From contig CABMCD010000004.1 of NCBI GenBank assembly GCA_902384555.1, forward strand, positions 11,909-75,908: DNA of 64,000 nucleotides, read 5' to 3'. Source of the DNA: an uncultured archaeon (GTDB lineage: Archaea > Micrarchaeota > Micrarchaeia > Anstonellales > Anstonellaceae). The position numbers and the translations under genes were made by a program. Shown here in pieces: positions 8,777 to 17,470 of this stretch. Positions within the stretch are counted from its first letter, which is position 1. The number at the start of each line of letters is the position of its first letter. The notes beneath the pieces are model-generated. The model did no database searches and was not told the origin of the DNA. It worked only from the letters and a program-made list of their open reading frames with translations.

Positions 8777-9751
8777 CTATTGCACGGCCTTGAATACGCC
8801 GTAGCCGATGATGCGCGGGCGCTTGTTGGCCCGCACCACCAAAAAGCGCGCGCCCTCCAGCGCCGCCATGGGCAGGAGGAGCGAGAATTTGACAACAGAT
8901 TTGGAGCCCGCGGCAAGAGGAGAAGAAAGCTCAAGCTTCGCGGCGACATACTGCAATCCGTAGGAAAAGAACAGTTCGGTGCCGGATTCGATTCCCTCTT
9001 TGGCAAACGGGGACAGCACCAGTTCGGCCTCTCCCTTGGTGAAGCTCTTCATGCTGGCGCTCTCGGCCAGATAGCAGCCGCGCTTGACCGAATCGGGCGA
9101 CGCACCCTTGAGCGAGAGGCCCACGCGGCTGCCCAGCTCCGCCTTTTGGATGTCCTCGTCCTGCACCTGGATGGACTTGACGCTCAGGTGCGTCTTGCCC
9201 GGAAAGAGCTCGAGGTTGTCGTGCACCGAAATTTCGCCGGCCTCGGCCTTGCCCAAGACCACGGTCCCCACGCCGCGCACTTCGAAGCAGGCGTCCACCA
9301 GCACGCGCTTGGGCGACTGGGAGTAAACGGGCTCTTTTTCCATGAGCTTGGCCTTGAGCTCGACGGCCGAGAGGTCGGCGGAAAGCAGGGGCCAGGCGGC
9401 CATCGGCGTCTTGGAGAGGATGGCCTTGACCTGCGCCTCGTCCACGTCCTTGAGGATGATGAAGCCGTCCTTCTTGCCGGCCTGCATCAGCGCCAGGGTG
9501 ATTTCGCCGAAATCGGCATCCACGGCCGAAATGACCCACAGCGCGGTGTCGGAGGCGTTGAGGCAGTGCAGCAAAGACTGGATTTTGTCCGGATAGGCGT
9601 GCGGCTCGTAGAGGCAGAGGACCTTGTCGCCCTCCTTGTGGTTGTAAATGACGTAGTCGGTCTCCTGCGTCTTTTTGGCGAGGAGTTTGGCGTAGCTTTT
9701 GGTGGAATCGAGAACGGCGATGTGGTAGTGAGTCATACAAAGCACCCGCAA
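8777..9751 (-). CDS. EF-Tu/EF-1A-like protein with a degenerate GTPase domain (domain II/III retained)
   Basis: Domain-II beta-barrel signature GTVVLGKAEAGEISVHDNLELFP...GSRVGLSLKG. The N-terminal region keeps a G4-like LKDVD but lacks the GxxxxGK(S/T) P-loop. Confidence 0.5.
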   Translation of the reverse strand: MRVLCMTHYHIAVLDSTKSYAKLLAKKTQETDYVIYNHKEGDKVLCLYEPHAYPDKIQSLLHCLNASDTALWVISAVDADFGEITLALMQAGKKDGFIILKDVDEAQVKAILSKTPMAAWPLLSADLSAVELKAKLMEKEPVYSQSPKRVLVDACFEVRGVGTVVLGKAEAGEISVHDNLELFPGKTHLSVKSIQVQDEDIQKAELGSRVGLSLKGASPDSVKRGCYLAESASMKSFTKGEAELVLSPFAKEGIESGTELFFSYGLQYVAAKLELSSPLAAGSKSVVKFSLLLPMAALEGARFLVVRANKRPRIIGYGVFKAVQ

Positions 9752-9893
9752 GAGGGAATATTCGTATCAGAGGTGATAAATCAATCATTTTGCACTTGCG
9801 TGCAATCAGACAATCGAACGCTCATCATCTGAGCAGAGTGGGGGCGAGGAGGATTTTATAGGCAGCGGTCGGCACGAAAAGAGGAGGGCGAAT

Positions 9894-10050
9894 TGCGGCT
9901 GCCGGGATTTGAACCCGGGTCACGAGCTTTTTTCGAGCTTTTCGGAATTTCGGGTATTGCCCCCGGAAATTCGTTTTCCGAGGTTTTTGGCGCTCCGCGC
10001 CAAAAAGCTCTTGGGAAGCTCAGATCCTACCAGGCTGGACTACAGCCGCG
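9894..10050 (-). tRNA. tRNA-Gly (anticodon CCC) with an ~84-nt intron at the canonical 37/38 position
   Basis: 5' exon GCGGCTG-TA-GTCC..GGAT-C-TGAGC-TTCCCAA. 3' exon A-GCTCG-TGAC-CCGGG-TTCAAAT-CCCGG-CAGCCGC-A. The intervening sequence contains a perfect hairpin (TTTTTGGCGC GGA GCGCCAAAAA). No CCA is encoded. Confidence 0.7.
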
Positions 10051-10143
10051 CGCATGGGATAGGGACGCAGAAGAATAAAAACAAAGGGGCCGAAGCCCGC
10101 CGATGGACAAGGATTTTAAACCGTTAAGCCGTGCAGCTGGGCG

Positions 10144-10593
10144 GTGGAGTCGCTATTCGGCCTCAGAAACCGCTACAAGATGACTGCGGCCCTCTTCGTG
10201 GCGGGTCTCGCCCTGTTTGCGCTCGGCATCAACGCCGACGCGGAAGGCCAGCGCCTGCTCACCGTCGCCCATATCATCATCGGGGCGCTGCTCATCCCGC
10301 TGAGCATGGTCCGCACCGATTTCGACGTCAACCGGGCCGGGCGCGAGGAGCTTATGCGCGGATTCACCACCGTCTTCCTCTTCGCCGTCGGCATCTTCGC
10401 GGTCGTTTTCCTGAACGACATCTACCTCCGCCACCAGGCGCTGGAATTCACCCTCTTCGATGCCGCGGTGCTCGTCATCCTGCTCTCGCGGGTGTTTGTG
10501 CTCAAGGTGATGGGCGAATCGATGGAACAGCAGTATTCGGAAATCGACCGGGCCGAACTGGACGCCGAGCGCCGGCGCCGCTCGTCGCTCTAA
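10144..10593 (+). CDS. hypothetical membrane protein (149 aa)
   Basis: Hydrophobic helices and a charged C-terminus. The alternative overlapping frame 10131-10649 has GC-artefact composition. Confidence 0.4.
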   Translation: MESLFGLRNRYKMTAALFVAGLALFALGINADAEGQRLLTVAHIIIGALLIPLSMVRTDFDVNRAGREELMRGFTTVFLFAVGIFAVVFLNDIYLRHQALEFTLFDAAVLVILLSRVFVLKVMGESMEQQYSEIDRAELDAERRRRSSL

Positions 10594-10693
10594 GGCCGTT
10601 GTTCGTTTTTCGTCGGAAAAAGGATTGGCTTAAGTCGCAGCTTTATTAATCTTGCAAGGGAGCCCACGTCACCAATCCACGGAAGGGGACACC

Positions 10694-12439
10694 ATGCGAA
10701 TCAACGATGTCACGCTCAAAGTCGGCGGCGAGGCCGGAAGCGGCATTCTCACGGTCGGCCACATGTTCGCCAAGCTGATGCAGAAATCCGGCCTGCAGGT
10801 CTTTCTCACCAACGACTATCCCTCGCTCATCAAGGGCGGGCACAACACCATCACCGTGCGCGCCAACCCCCAGCGCATCTACGCCCTCACGGCCGGCATC
10901 GACATCCTCATCGCGCTGGACAAGAAGACGGTGCAGGAGCATTACCGGGAGCTGCGCGAGGGCGGCGCGCTCATCTATGATTCGGGCAAGCTCAAAGAGG
11001 AGGACGTCAAGCTCGAGCGGCCGGACGTGCGCAAAATCGGCGTGCCGCTCTCCAAAATCGCCACCGAGGCGGGCGGCGACATCTTCTTCAACCAGGCGGC
11101 CATGGGCGCCATGCTGGCCCTGCTCAAGATGGATTTGGCGAAATACGACCACATGATTGAGAAGGCGTTCGGACGCAAGGGCGCCGACATCGTGGCCAAG
11201 AACAAGCAGGTGGTGCGCGCGGGCGCGGACCACGTGCGCACCAATTATCCCGACCCGTTCGGCATCAACGTCAATCCCGTGCAGACCGACGCGCGCAACC
11301 TGCTCATCAACGGCAACGACGCGCTGTGCAGCGGGGCGGTGGCGGCCGGAGTCCATTTAGTGGCCGAATACCCCATGAGCCCCTCCTCATCCGTTCTCCA
11401 CTGGATGGCGGCGCACGCGGTCAAATACAACATCGTGGTCAAGCACACCGAGGACGAGATTGCGGCCATGAACTGGCTGTGCGGCGCGGGCTTCGCGGGC
11501 GTGCGCTGCCTCACCGCCACCTCGGGCGGCGGCTTCTCGCTCATGAACGAGGCGCTGGGCAATGCCGGCATCGCCGAAATCCCCTGCGTCATCATCAACG
11601 ACATGCGCTGCGGGCCCTCCACCGGCCTGCCCACCTACACCGAGCAGGCCGATTTGCGCTTCGCGCTCCATGCCTCGCAGGGTGAGTTCCCCCGCATCGT
11701 GGCGATGCCCGGCGACGCGCAGGAGGCGTTCTGGATGATGGTGGACGTCTTCAACATGGCCGATTTGGTGCAGACGCCGGCGATTGTGCTCATGGACAAG
11801 TACGTGGCCGAGTCGGTGACCACCATCCCCTCCATCAAGGCCGAGCAGGTGCGCATCGACCGCGGGCTTTTGCAGACGGATGCGCAGATGGCCGAGGCAG
11901 CCAATTTCAAGCGCCACGCGCTCACGCCCAGCGGCATCTCGCCGCGCTGCATACCGGGGCAGAAGAACGGCATCCACGTCTGCTCGTCCTACGAGCATGA
12001 CGAAACCGGATACACCAGCGAGGAGGCGTCCATGCGCATCGCGCAAATCGACAAGCGCGAGCGCAAGATGAGGGCGATTTCGCCGCTGCTCTACCAGCCC
12101 GCCTTCTTCGGCGACCAGTCCTCGGATTTGCTGGTGGTGTCGTGGGGCTCGAGCAAGGGGCCGGTGATGGAGGCGCTCAAGCTGCTGGCGGCAAAAGGAA
12201 AGAGCGTGCGCTACATGCACATCCGCTACGCCTGCCCCTTTGCGGCCGACACCATTTCGGCCGCCCTCAAGCGGGCCAAGAAGAGCCTCATTATCGAGGG
12301 CAATTCCGAGGGGCAGATGCGCAATTTCATCCGCGAGAAGACCGGGCTGCTCATTCCCGAGCTCTACCGCCGCTATGACGGCCGGCCGTTTGAGGCCGAG
12401 GAAGTGGCCGCTGTTATTGAGGAGCGGCTGCTCAAATAG
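10694..12439 (+). CDS. 2-oxoacid:ferredoxin oxidoreductase, alpha (fused gamma-alpha) subunit
   Basis: N-terminal MRINDVTLKVGGEAGSGI (gamma-like domain) followed by a pyruvate/oxoglutarate-Fd-oxidoreductase alpha domain. The beta subunit is immediately downstream. Confidence 0.8.
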   Translation: MRINDVTLKVGGEAGSGILTVGHMFAKLMQKSGLQVFLTNDYPSLIKGGHNTITVRANPQRIYALTAGIDILIALDKKTVQEHYRELREGGALIYDSGKLKEEDVKLERPDVRKIGVPLSKIATEAGGDIFFNQAAMGAMLALLKMDLAKYDHMIEKAFGRKGADIVAKNKQVVRAGADHVRTNYPDPFGINVNPVQTDARNLLINGNDALCSGAVAAGVHLVAEYPMSPSSSVLHWMAAHAVKYNIVVKHTEDEIAAMNWLCGAGFAGVRCLTATSGGGFSLMNEALGNAGIAEIPCVIINDMRCGPSTGLPTYTEQADLRFALHASQGEFPRIVAMPGDAQEAFWMMVDVFNMADLVQTPAIVLMDKYVAESVTTIPSIKAEQVRIDRGLLQTDAQMAEAANFKRHALTPSGISPRCIPGQKNGIHVCSSYEHDETGYTSEEASMRIAQIDKRERKMRAISPLLYQPAFFGDQSSDLLVVSWGSSKGPVMEALKLLAAKGKSVRYMHIRYACPFAADTISAALKRAKKSLIIEGNSEGQMRNFIREKTGLLIPELYRRYDGRPFEAEEVAAVIEERLLK

Positions 12440-12447
12440 GTGATATC

Positions 12448-13305
12448 ATGGTTACTCTTGCCGAACTGGCCGAACCCAAACACACCGTCACCTGGTGCCC
12501 CGGCTGCGGCGACTTCGCCATTCTGGTCGCCCTCAAGCAGGCCTTGGTGAAAGCCGGGCGCGAGCCGCACCAGACCGTGGTGGTGTCCGGCATCGGATGC
12601 TCGGGCAAGCTGCCCCATTTCATCAAGACTTACGGATTTGAGGGATTGCATGGGCGCAGCCTGCCGGCCGCCTCGGCCATCAAGATGGCCAACCACGCGC
12701 TCACTGTGGTGGATGTGGGCGGCGACGGGGACGGGTACGGAATTGGGATGGGCCACTTCATCCACACCTGCCGGCGCAACATCGACTTCACCTACATCGT
12801 GCACAACAACCAAATCTATGGGCTGACCACTGGGCAGACCTCGCCCACTTCCGAAAAAGGCTTCAAGACCAAGAGCACGCCAGAAGGGGTGCTGGAGGAG
12901 CCGGTCAATCCCATGGCCTTGGCCATTTCGGCCGGAGCCACTTTCGTGGCGCGCGGATTTTCAGGCAATCTGCCCCACTTGGCCGACCTGATGTGTCAGG
13001 GCATCCAGCACAAGGGCTTTGCCATCATTGATGTCTTGCAGCCCTGCGTGACGTTCAACAAGCTCAACACCTACGAATATTTCGTGAAAAAGGTGTACAA
13101 GCTCGATGAGAGCAACCACGACGCCTCCGACAAGACGGCCGCGCTGGCCAAGGCGGAAGAGTGGGCCGAGAAAATCCCGATTGGGGTGCTCTACAAAGTG
13201 AGCAAGCCCACCTATGAGGACGGCACGCCCCAATTGAAAGAGGGGCCGCTGGTGAAGCAAAGCCTCAAACGGGATGTGGGCGCGCTGCTGGCCGAATTCG
13301 AGTAG
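12448..13305 (+). CDS. 2-oxoacid:ferredoxin oxidoreductase, beta (TPP-binding) subunit
   Basis: WCPGCGDF motif and the TPP-binding GDGD...N region. Confidence 0.8.
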   Translation: MVTLAELAEPKHTVTWCPGCGDFAILVALKQALVKAGREPHQTVVVSGIGCSGKLPHFIKTYGFEGLHGRSLPAASAIKMANHALTVVDVGGDGDGYGIGMGHFIHTCRRNIDFTYIVHNNQIYGLTTGQTSPTSEKGFKTKSTPEGVLEEPVNPMALAISAGATFVARGFSGNLPHLADLMCQGIQHKGFAIIDVLQPCVTFNKLNTYEYFVKKVYKLDESNHDASDKTAALAKAEEWAEKIPIGVLYKVSKPTYEDGTPQLKEGPLVKQSLKRDVGALLAEFE

Positions 13306-13635
13306 GACGGCAGGGCCAAAAGCAGGTGGAGGCTGGAATTCGAGCGGCGGGCGGAAAACTCGGGGGCGAGCCGGCCGGGCAAAGCGGCGTTTTTTCAGGG
13401 CTTGAGCAAAGGCTCGGGCTCTGATTTGTAGCCCAGCCTGCAGAAGGAGCGGTTCCGGGATTGGTACTCGCACAGACCGCCATAGGCGCAGCTGAAATGA
13501 GCCCGGTCTTTTTCCCCGTCAGACTGGAAGTGGCAAAGCCGCTCGCCGCGGGCAGACTGGTTGAAGAGAAACGCCGCGAAGTGGATGGTGGGGGAGGGCG
13601 GAACTGTTTTGAGCAACCCACCCGGCACCATGCGC

Positions 13636-14460
13636 TCACGCGCTCCAATCCAGCGCCTTGAGCAGCTGGCCGTGCACTTTCCCATTCGAGCAGAGCATGC
13701 CCGGCATGTCCAATTTCCAGTCATCCCCAACTAGATTCGTCACTTTCCCCCCAGCCTCGCGAATGAGAAGCGCGCCGGCCGCCCCGTCGTAGGGCTGCAG
13801 CTTGAATTCCACGCACCCGTCGGCCAAACCCGAGGCCACAAAGCCCAAATTGAAGACGGCAGAACCCAGTGAGCGCACATTGAACACGTTTTTGGCCACC
13901 CGGCCCAGTCCGGCCAGATGCAAATCGCCATTGGCGGTGGTGAGGTGGGCGCACACCAGCACCATGCATTTGTGCAAATCCGTGCGCGGGGAGACATGAA
14001 GCCGCCGGGGCTTTCCAAGAGCTGGGCGCTCACCTGCCTTGGCGCCTTCCTCTTCCCTGTATTCCCACGCCCCCTTGCCTTTTTCGGCCAGCAGATAGAT
14101 TCCCTGCAAGGGATAGGCGATGCCGCCGGCCTGCAATTCCCCGTTTTGGGCATAGGCAATCGAGATGCCCCAAATCGGGAAGCCGTAGGCATAGTTGTTG
14201 GTGCCGTCGAGGGGGTCGATAATCCAGACATGGGGCGCGAACAAATCGTCATGCGCGCGCGGGCTTTCCTCCGAATAGATTTTGTGGGTGGGGAAGCGGT
14301 CTAGAATGGCGTTGATAATGAGCTTTTCGGACGCCAAATCGGCATCGGTCACCAAATCATGCTCGCCCTTGTTTTGCGCGGAAGCATTCTCCTGCTTTTC
14401 GATAAGCAATTGGCCGGATGAGAGCAGCAGGTCGAGGATAAAGGGGCGCAGGGAAGGCAT
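13636..14460 (-). CDS. inositol-monophosphatase / fructose-1,6-bisphosphatase family (IMPase/SuhB-like)
   Basis: Metal-binding motifs DPLDGT, EES, WIIDPLDGTNNY. Start taken at MPSLRP. Confidence 0.75.
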   Translation of the reverse strand: MPSLRPFILDLLLSSGQLLIEKQENASAQNKGEHDLVTDADLASEKLIINAILDRFPTHKIYSEESPRAHDDLFAPHVWIIDPLDGTNNYAYGFPIWGISIAYAQNGELQAGGIAYPLQGIYLLAEKGKGAWEYREEEGAKAGERPALGKPRRLHVSPRTDLHKCMVLVCAHLTTANGDLHLAGLGRVAKNVFNVRSLGSAVFNLGFVASGLADGCVEFKLQPYDGAAGALLIREAGGKVTNLVGDDWKLDMPGMLCSNGKVHGQLLKALDWSA

Positions 14461-14552
14461 GAGGAGGTGAGGCTGAACAGATATAAGAGGCTGAGGGCCG
14501 GCAGGCATATAAACACAATATTCCATAATATAAGACATAAAAAGGTGGGAAT

Positions 14553-15074
14553 ATGGGCTTCTCGACTTCGAATGCAAAATGCCAAGTGTCCGGGCACCGG
14601 GCCAAGGTCATCCGCCAAAATCCGGACCAGCAGCCCCAGCTGGTGAAAAACCTGCTGTATGACAAATTCCCCAAATTCTCCACCTTGGATGAGAACACCA
14701 AAAACCTCATCCAGCAGGAAGTGCTCAAGGCCGTGGAGGACAAGTGCAATTCCTATTCCCTGCGCCCCGGCGCGCTGGGCGGCGCGGGCGTGTGGGAAAT
14801 CGCCAAGCACGCCATTCCGGTCGGAGTCGCGACCAGTGCCTGCGGCTACACCGCCATCGCTCTGGGCCAGCCCGTCGTGCAGGATGCCCTGCAGGGGCAC
14901 TGGGGCAAGGTCGGCGTGCGCCTCGGCATTGGAGTGGTGCTGGCCTATTCGGCTTGGCGCATCGTGAAGGATATCTTCCACTCCGGCGCCCTGCACGCGC
15001 CGCTGGCGCGCGAAATCAACGAGGCGGCCGTCTATTCCATCAGCCAGCATGCGCCCAGAGAAAACGCGGCTTGA
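14553..15074 (+). CDS. hypothetical protein (173 aa)
   Basis: Protein-like composition but no recognisable motif. Confidence 0.4.
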   Translation: MGFSTSNAKCQVSGHRAKVIRQNPDQQPQLVKNLLYDKFPKFSTLDENTKNLIQQEVLKAVEDKCNSYSLRPGALGGAGVWEIAKHAIPVGVATSACGYTAIALGQPVVQDALQGHWGKVGVRLGIGVVLAYSAWRIVKDIFHSGALHAPLAREINEAAVYSISQHAPRENAA

Positions 15075-15232
15075 AGCGCTTGTTTTTTAGCCCGGAACCG
15101 CGGAGGGGGAACCGAACGCCGACCCTTATCCCCCTCCCCAGTTTCACGCTCCTCCTGACCCTCCCCCTAAGTTCTTGCCCTTCACAAAGGAAGAAAAAGA
15201 CCCGCGGTTTCAAAAGGGAAAGGAAATGAAGT

Positions 15233-15307
15233 GGGCCCGTAACTCAGCTTGGATAGAGTGCCTGCCTTCTAAGCAGGAAGTCGAGAGTTCAAATCTCTCC
15301 GGGCCCG
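15233..15307 (+). tRNA. tRNA-Arg (anticodon TCT)
   Basis: GGGCCCG-TA-ACTC..GAGT-G-CCTGC-CTTCTAA-GCAGG-AAGTC-GAGAG-TTCAAAT-CTCTC-CGGGCCC-G. A clean cloverleaf of 75 nt. Confidence 0.8.
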
Positions 15308-15480
15308 AACCCATATGGGGGAACACTCGAATTATCCAAGTCCCCCCTGAGGGATTCACCTCCCCTACAAAATACACCCGATAAACGAGCTGTGCTAACA
15401 AATCGCTTTATATACAATTCCGCCGTATATCCGACTCATTCTCTCATTTAGAAGCATGCATCAGGTGTGGATTCCAGCAG

Positions 15481-15744
15481 GTGATACTCATGACCGAGCA
15501 GCGCATCAAGGAAGTCATCGGCCTCATGGATTTGATGATTGACGATTCGTCCGTTCCAAAGAACATCCGCAAGGTGGTGGACGAGGCGCGCACCCACCTG
15601 CGCTCCAACGAGGAGGCTCCGACGCGGATTTCATCGGCCGTGCAGTCGCTGGTGGGCGTGAGTGAGGACATCAACATGCCCATGCATGCGCGCACGCAGG
15701 TGTGGACCATCCTCTCGGCGCTCGAATCGATTAAGACCGACTGA
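15481..15744 (+). CDS. UPF0147-family small archaeal protein
   Basis: ~87 aa with a conserved ...VSEDINMPMHARTQVWTILSALE... segment typical of the UPF0147 family. Confidence 0.5.
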   Translation: MILMTEQRIKEVIGLMDLMIDDSSVPKNIRKVVDEARTHLRSNEEAPTRISSAVQSLVGVSEDINMPMHARTQVWTILSALESIKTD

Positions 15745-15862
15745 TTTTGGGCTGAAGCATACCGGCTGTTTTTTATCCTCTCGCGGCGTAGCGGATGCCA
15801 TACCCCGATCGCTCTACCCACGCCCCCTCGGGGGCTTATGAGCGTGAAAAGACAGTGGAGTT

Positions 15863-17470
15863 ATGCAGACCGACCTATCGGTCCTGCGCCAGGCCGGCAA
15901 GCGCCTCGCGCTGGATGCCGAGCAGTTCCTAGCTTCGCAGGCCATTACGCCAGATGCGCTGGAGCGCCTGCGCAAAAGCACTTCTTTCGTCCTCACCCTC
16001 GATGAGGTCAAATCCAGCCTCGCCGAATCGGGCAAGCTGCCCGACGCCGACCCCATTCACAAGGACCATGCGGCCGAGCAGCATGCGGAAGGGCTGCTCT
16101 CCAAAGGGGAGGCGCACGCGGAAGAAAAGAAAAGGGAGGAAGGAAAAGAGAAAGAGATTTCGCCGCCTGTTTCTTCGGCAGAGCCCGAGCGCAAGTCCAT
16201 TGAGGTGAGCGTGGCGCGCCCGGCCTCCTTCCGCCCGCTCGCCAAGGAATACGCGCCCAACATCAAAATCCAGAACCACACCGACGTGTCCGGCCAGTCG
16301 AGGTGCGTCGGCTCGGTGGACGACTTCGTGGCCTATTTCCGCGACCGCTTCGAGCGCGAGGGCCAGATTCTGCGCACCCACCAGACCAATTTGAGCATCG
16401 TGCGCACCGACCAGCTCAGCCAGCACCCCGGCGAGGAAATCCGGCTCATCGCCATGGTGACCGACAAGCGCATGACGCACAACGGCAACCTCTACATCGA
16501 ACTGGAGGACGAGCGCGGCGCCACCAAGGCCATCTTCAGCAGCCGCGAGCGGCAGTTTCCGAAAGCGGCCAAGCTCATCAAGGACGACGTGGTGGCGATT
16601 GACGCGCGCATGGGCCCCAACTTCCTCTCCGTCAAGGACATCACCTGGCCCGATTTGCCGCTCTTGCGGCAGCAGAAAAGCACGGATGCGGATTTGGCGG
16701 TGGCCTACCTCTCCGACACGCACGTGGGCAGCAAATTGTTTTTGGAAAAATCTTTCCGCCGCTTCATCCGCTGGCTCTGGGGCGAGGAGGGGCGCGAGGA
16801 CTTGGCCGGAAAAGTAAAATACGTCGTCATCGCCGGCGACGTGTGCGACGGCATCGGCGTCTATCCCAGCCAGGAGAAGGAGCTGTCAATCAAGGACATC
16901 TACGAGCAGTATGAAGCCTTTGACAAGCTGGTGGAGGCCATGCCCGACTGGGTGGAAGTGATTGTGTCCCCCGGCAACCACGACGGCGTGCGAAGAGGCG
17001 AGCCCCAGCCCATCCTGCCGATGGAATTGGTGAAATCGGATGTCAAGAAAATCGGCTCGCCCGCCATGGTCGATATTGAGGGCTTCCGGCACTTGGTCTA
17101 TCACGGCACATCGCTGGACTCGGTGATTGCGAACGTGCCGGGCCTGAGCTACCAAAAGCCGGAAGGGGCGATGATGGAAGTGCTGCGCCGCCGGCATCTC
17201 TCGCCGGTGTATGGTGAAAACCCCATCGTGCCGGAGCGGCGCGACTACATGCTCATTGAGGAGGAGCCCGACATCGTGCATATGGGCCATTTGCACAAGA
17301 ACGCGGCCATGAAATACCGCGGCACCCTGCTCATCAATTCCGGCACTTTTCAGGACCGGACGGATTTCCAAGTGAGGATGGGCCATGTACCAACGCCCGG
17401 CATTGTGCCCATTCTCGAACTCAAGGACCAGCGCTTGTCGCAGCTCAAATTCACGGAGGAGAACCTGTGA
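15863..17470 (+). CDS. DNA polymerase D small subunit DP1 (3'-5' exonuclease, calcineurin-like phosphoesterase)
   Basis: OB-fold region, then the phosphoesterase motifs YLSDTHVGS, GDVCDG, GNHD, HGTS, GHLH. Confidence 0.85.
   Translation: MQTDLSVLRQAGKRLALDAEQFLASQAITPDALERLRKSTSFVLTLDEVKSSLAESGKLPDADPIHKDHAAEQHAEGLLSKGEAHAEEKKREEGKEKEISPPVSSAEPERKSIEVSVARPASFRPLAKEYAPNIKIQNHTDVSGQSRCVGSVDDFVAYFRDRFEREGQILRTHQTNLSIVRTDQLSQHPGEEIRLIAMVTDKRMTHNGNLYIELEDERGATKAIFSSRERQFPKAAKLIKDDVVAIDARMGPNFLSVKDITWPDLPLLRQQKSTDADLAVAYLSDTHVGSKLFLEKSFRRFIRWLWGEEGREDLAGKVKYVVIAGDVCDGIGVYPSQEKELSIKDIYEQYEAFDKLVEAMPDWVEVIVSPGNHDGVRRGEPQPILPMELVKSDVKKIGSPAMVDIEGFRHLVYHGTSLDSVIANVPGLSYQKPEGAMMEVLRRRHLSPVYGENPIVPERRDYMLIEEEPDIVHMGHLHKNAAMKYRGTLLINSGTFQDRTDFQVRMGHVPTPGIVPILELKDQRLSQLKFTEENL

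Noticed and set aside
9893-10127. Two short + strand ORFs over the tRNA-Gly locus
   Set aside because: They overlap a well-formed intron-containing tRNA on the opposite strand; no coding signal
13306-13635. Overlapping short minus-strand ORFs (13265-13648, 13395-13730) in the convergent gap between the OFOR beta subunit and the IMPase gene
   Set aside because: Mutually overlapping with GC-artefact composition; the region more likely holds the two convergent terminators (T-run at ~13388)
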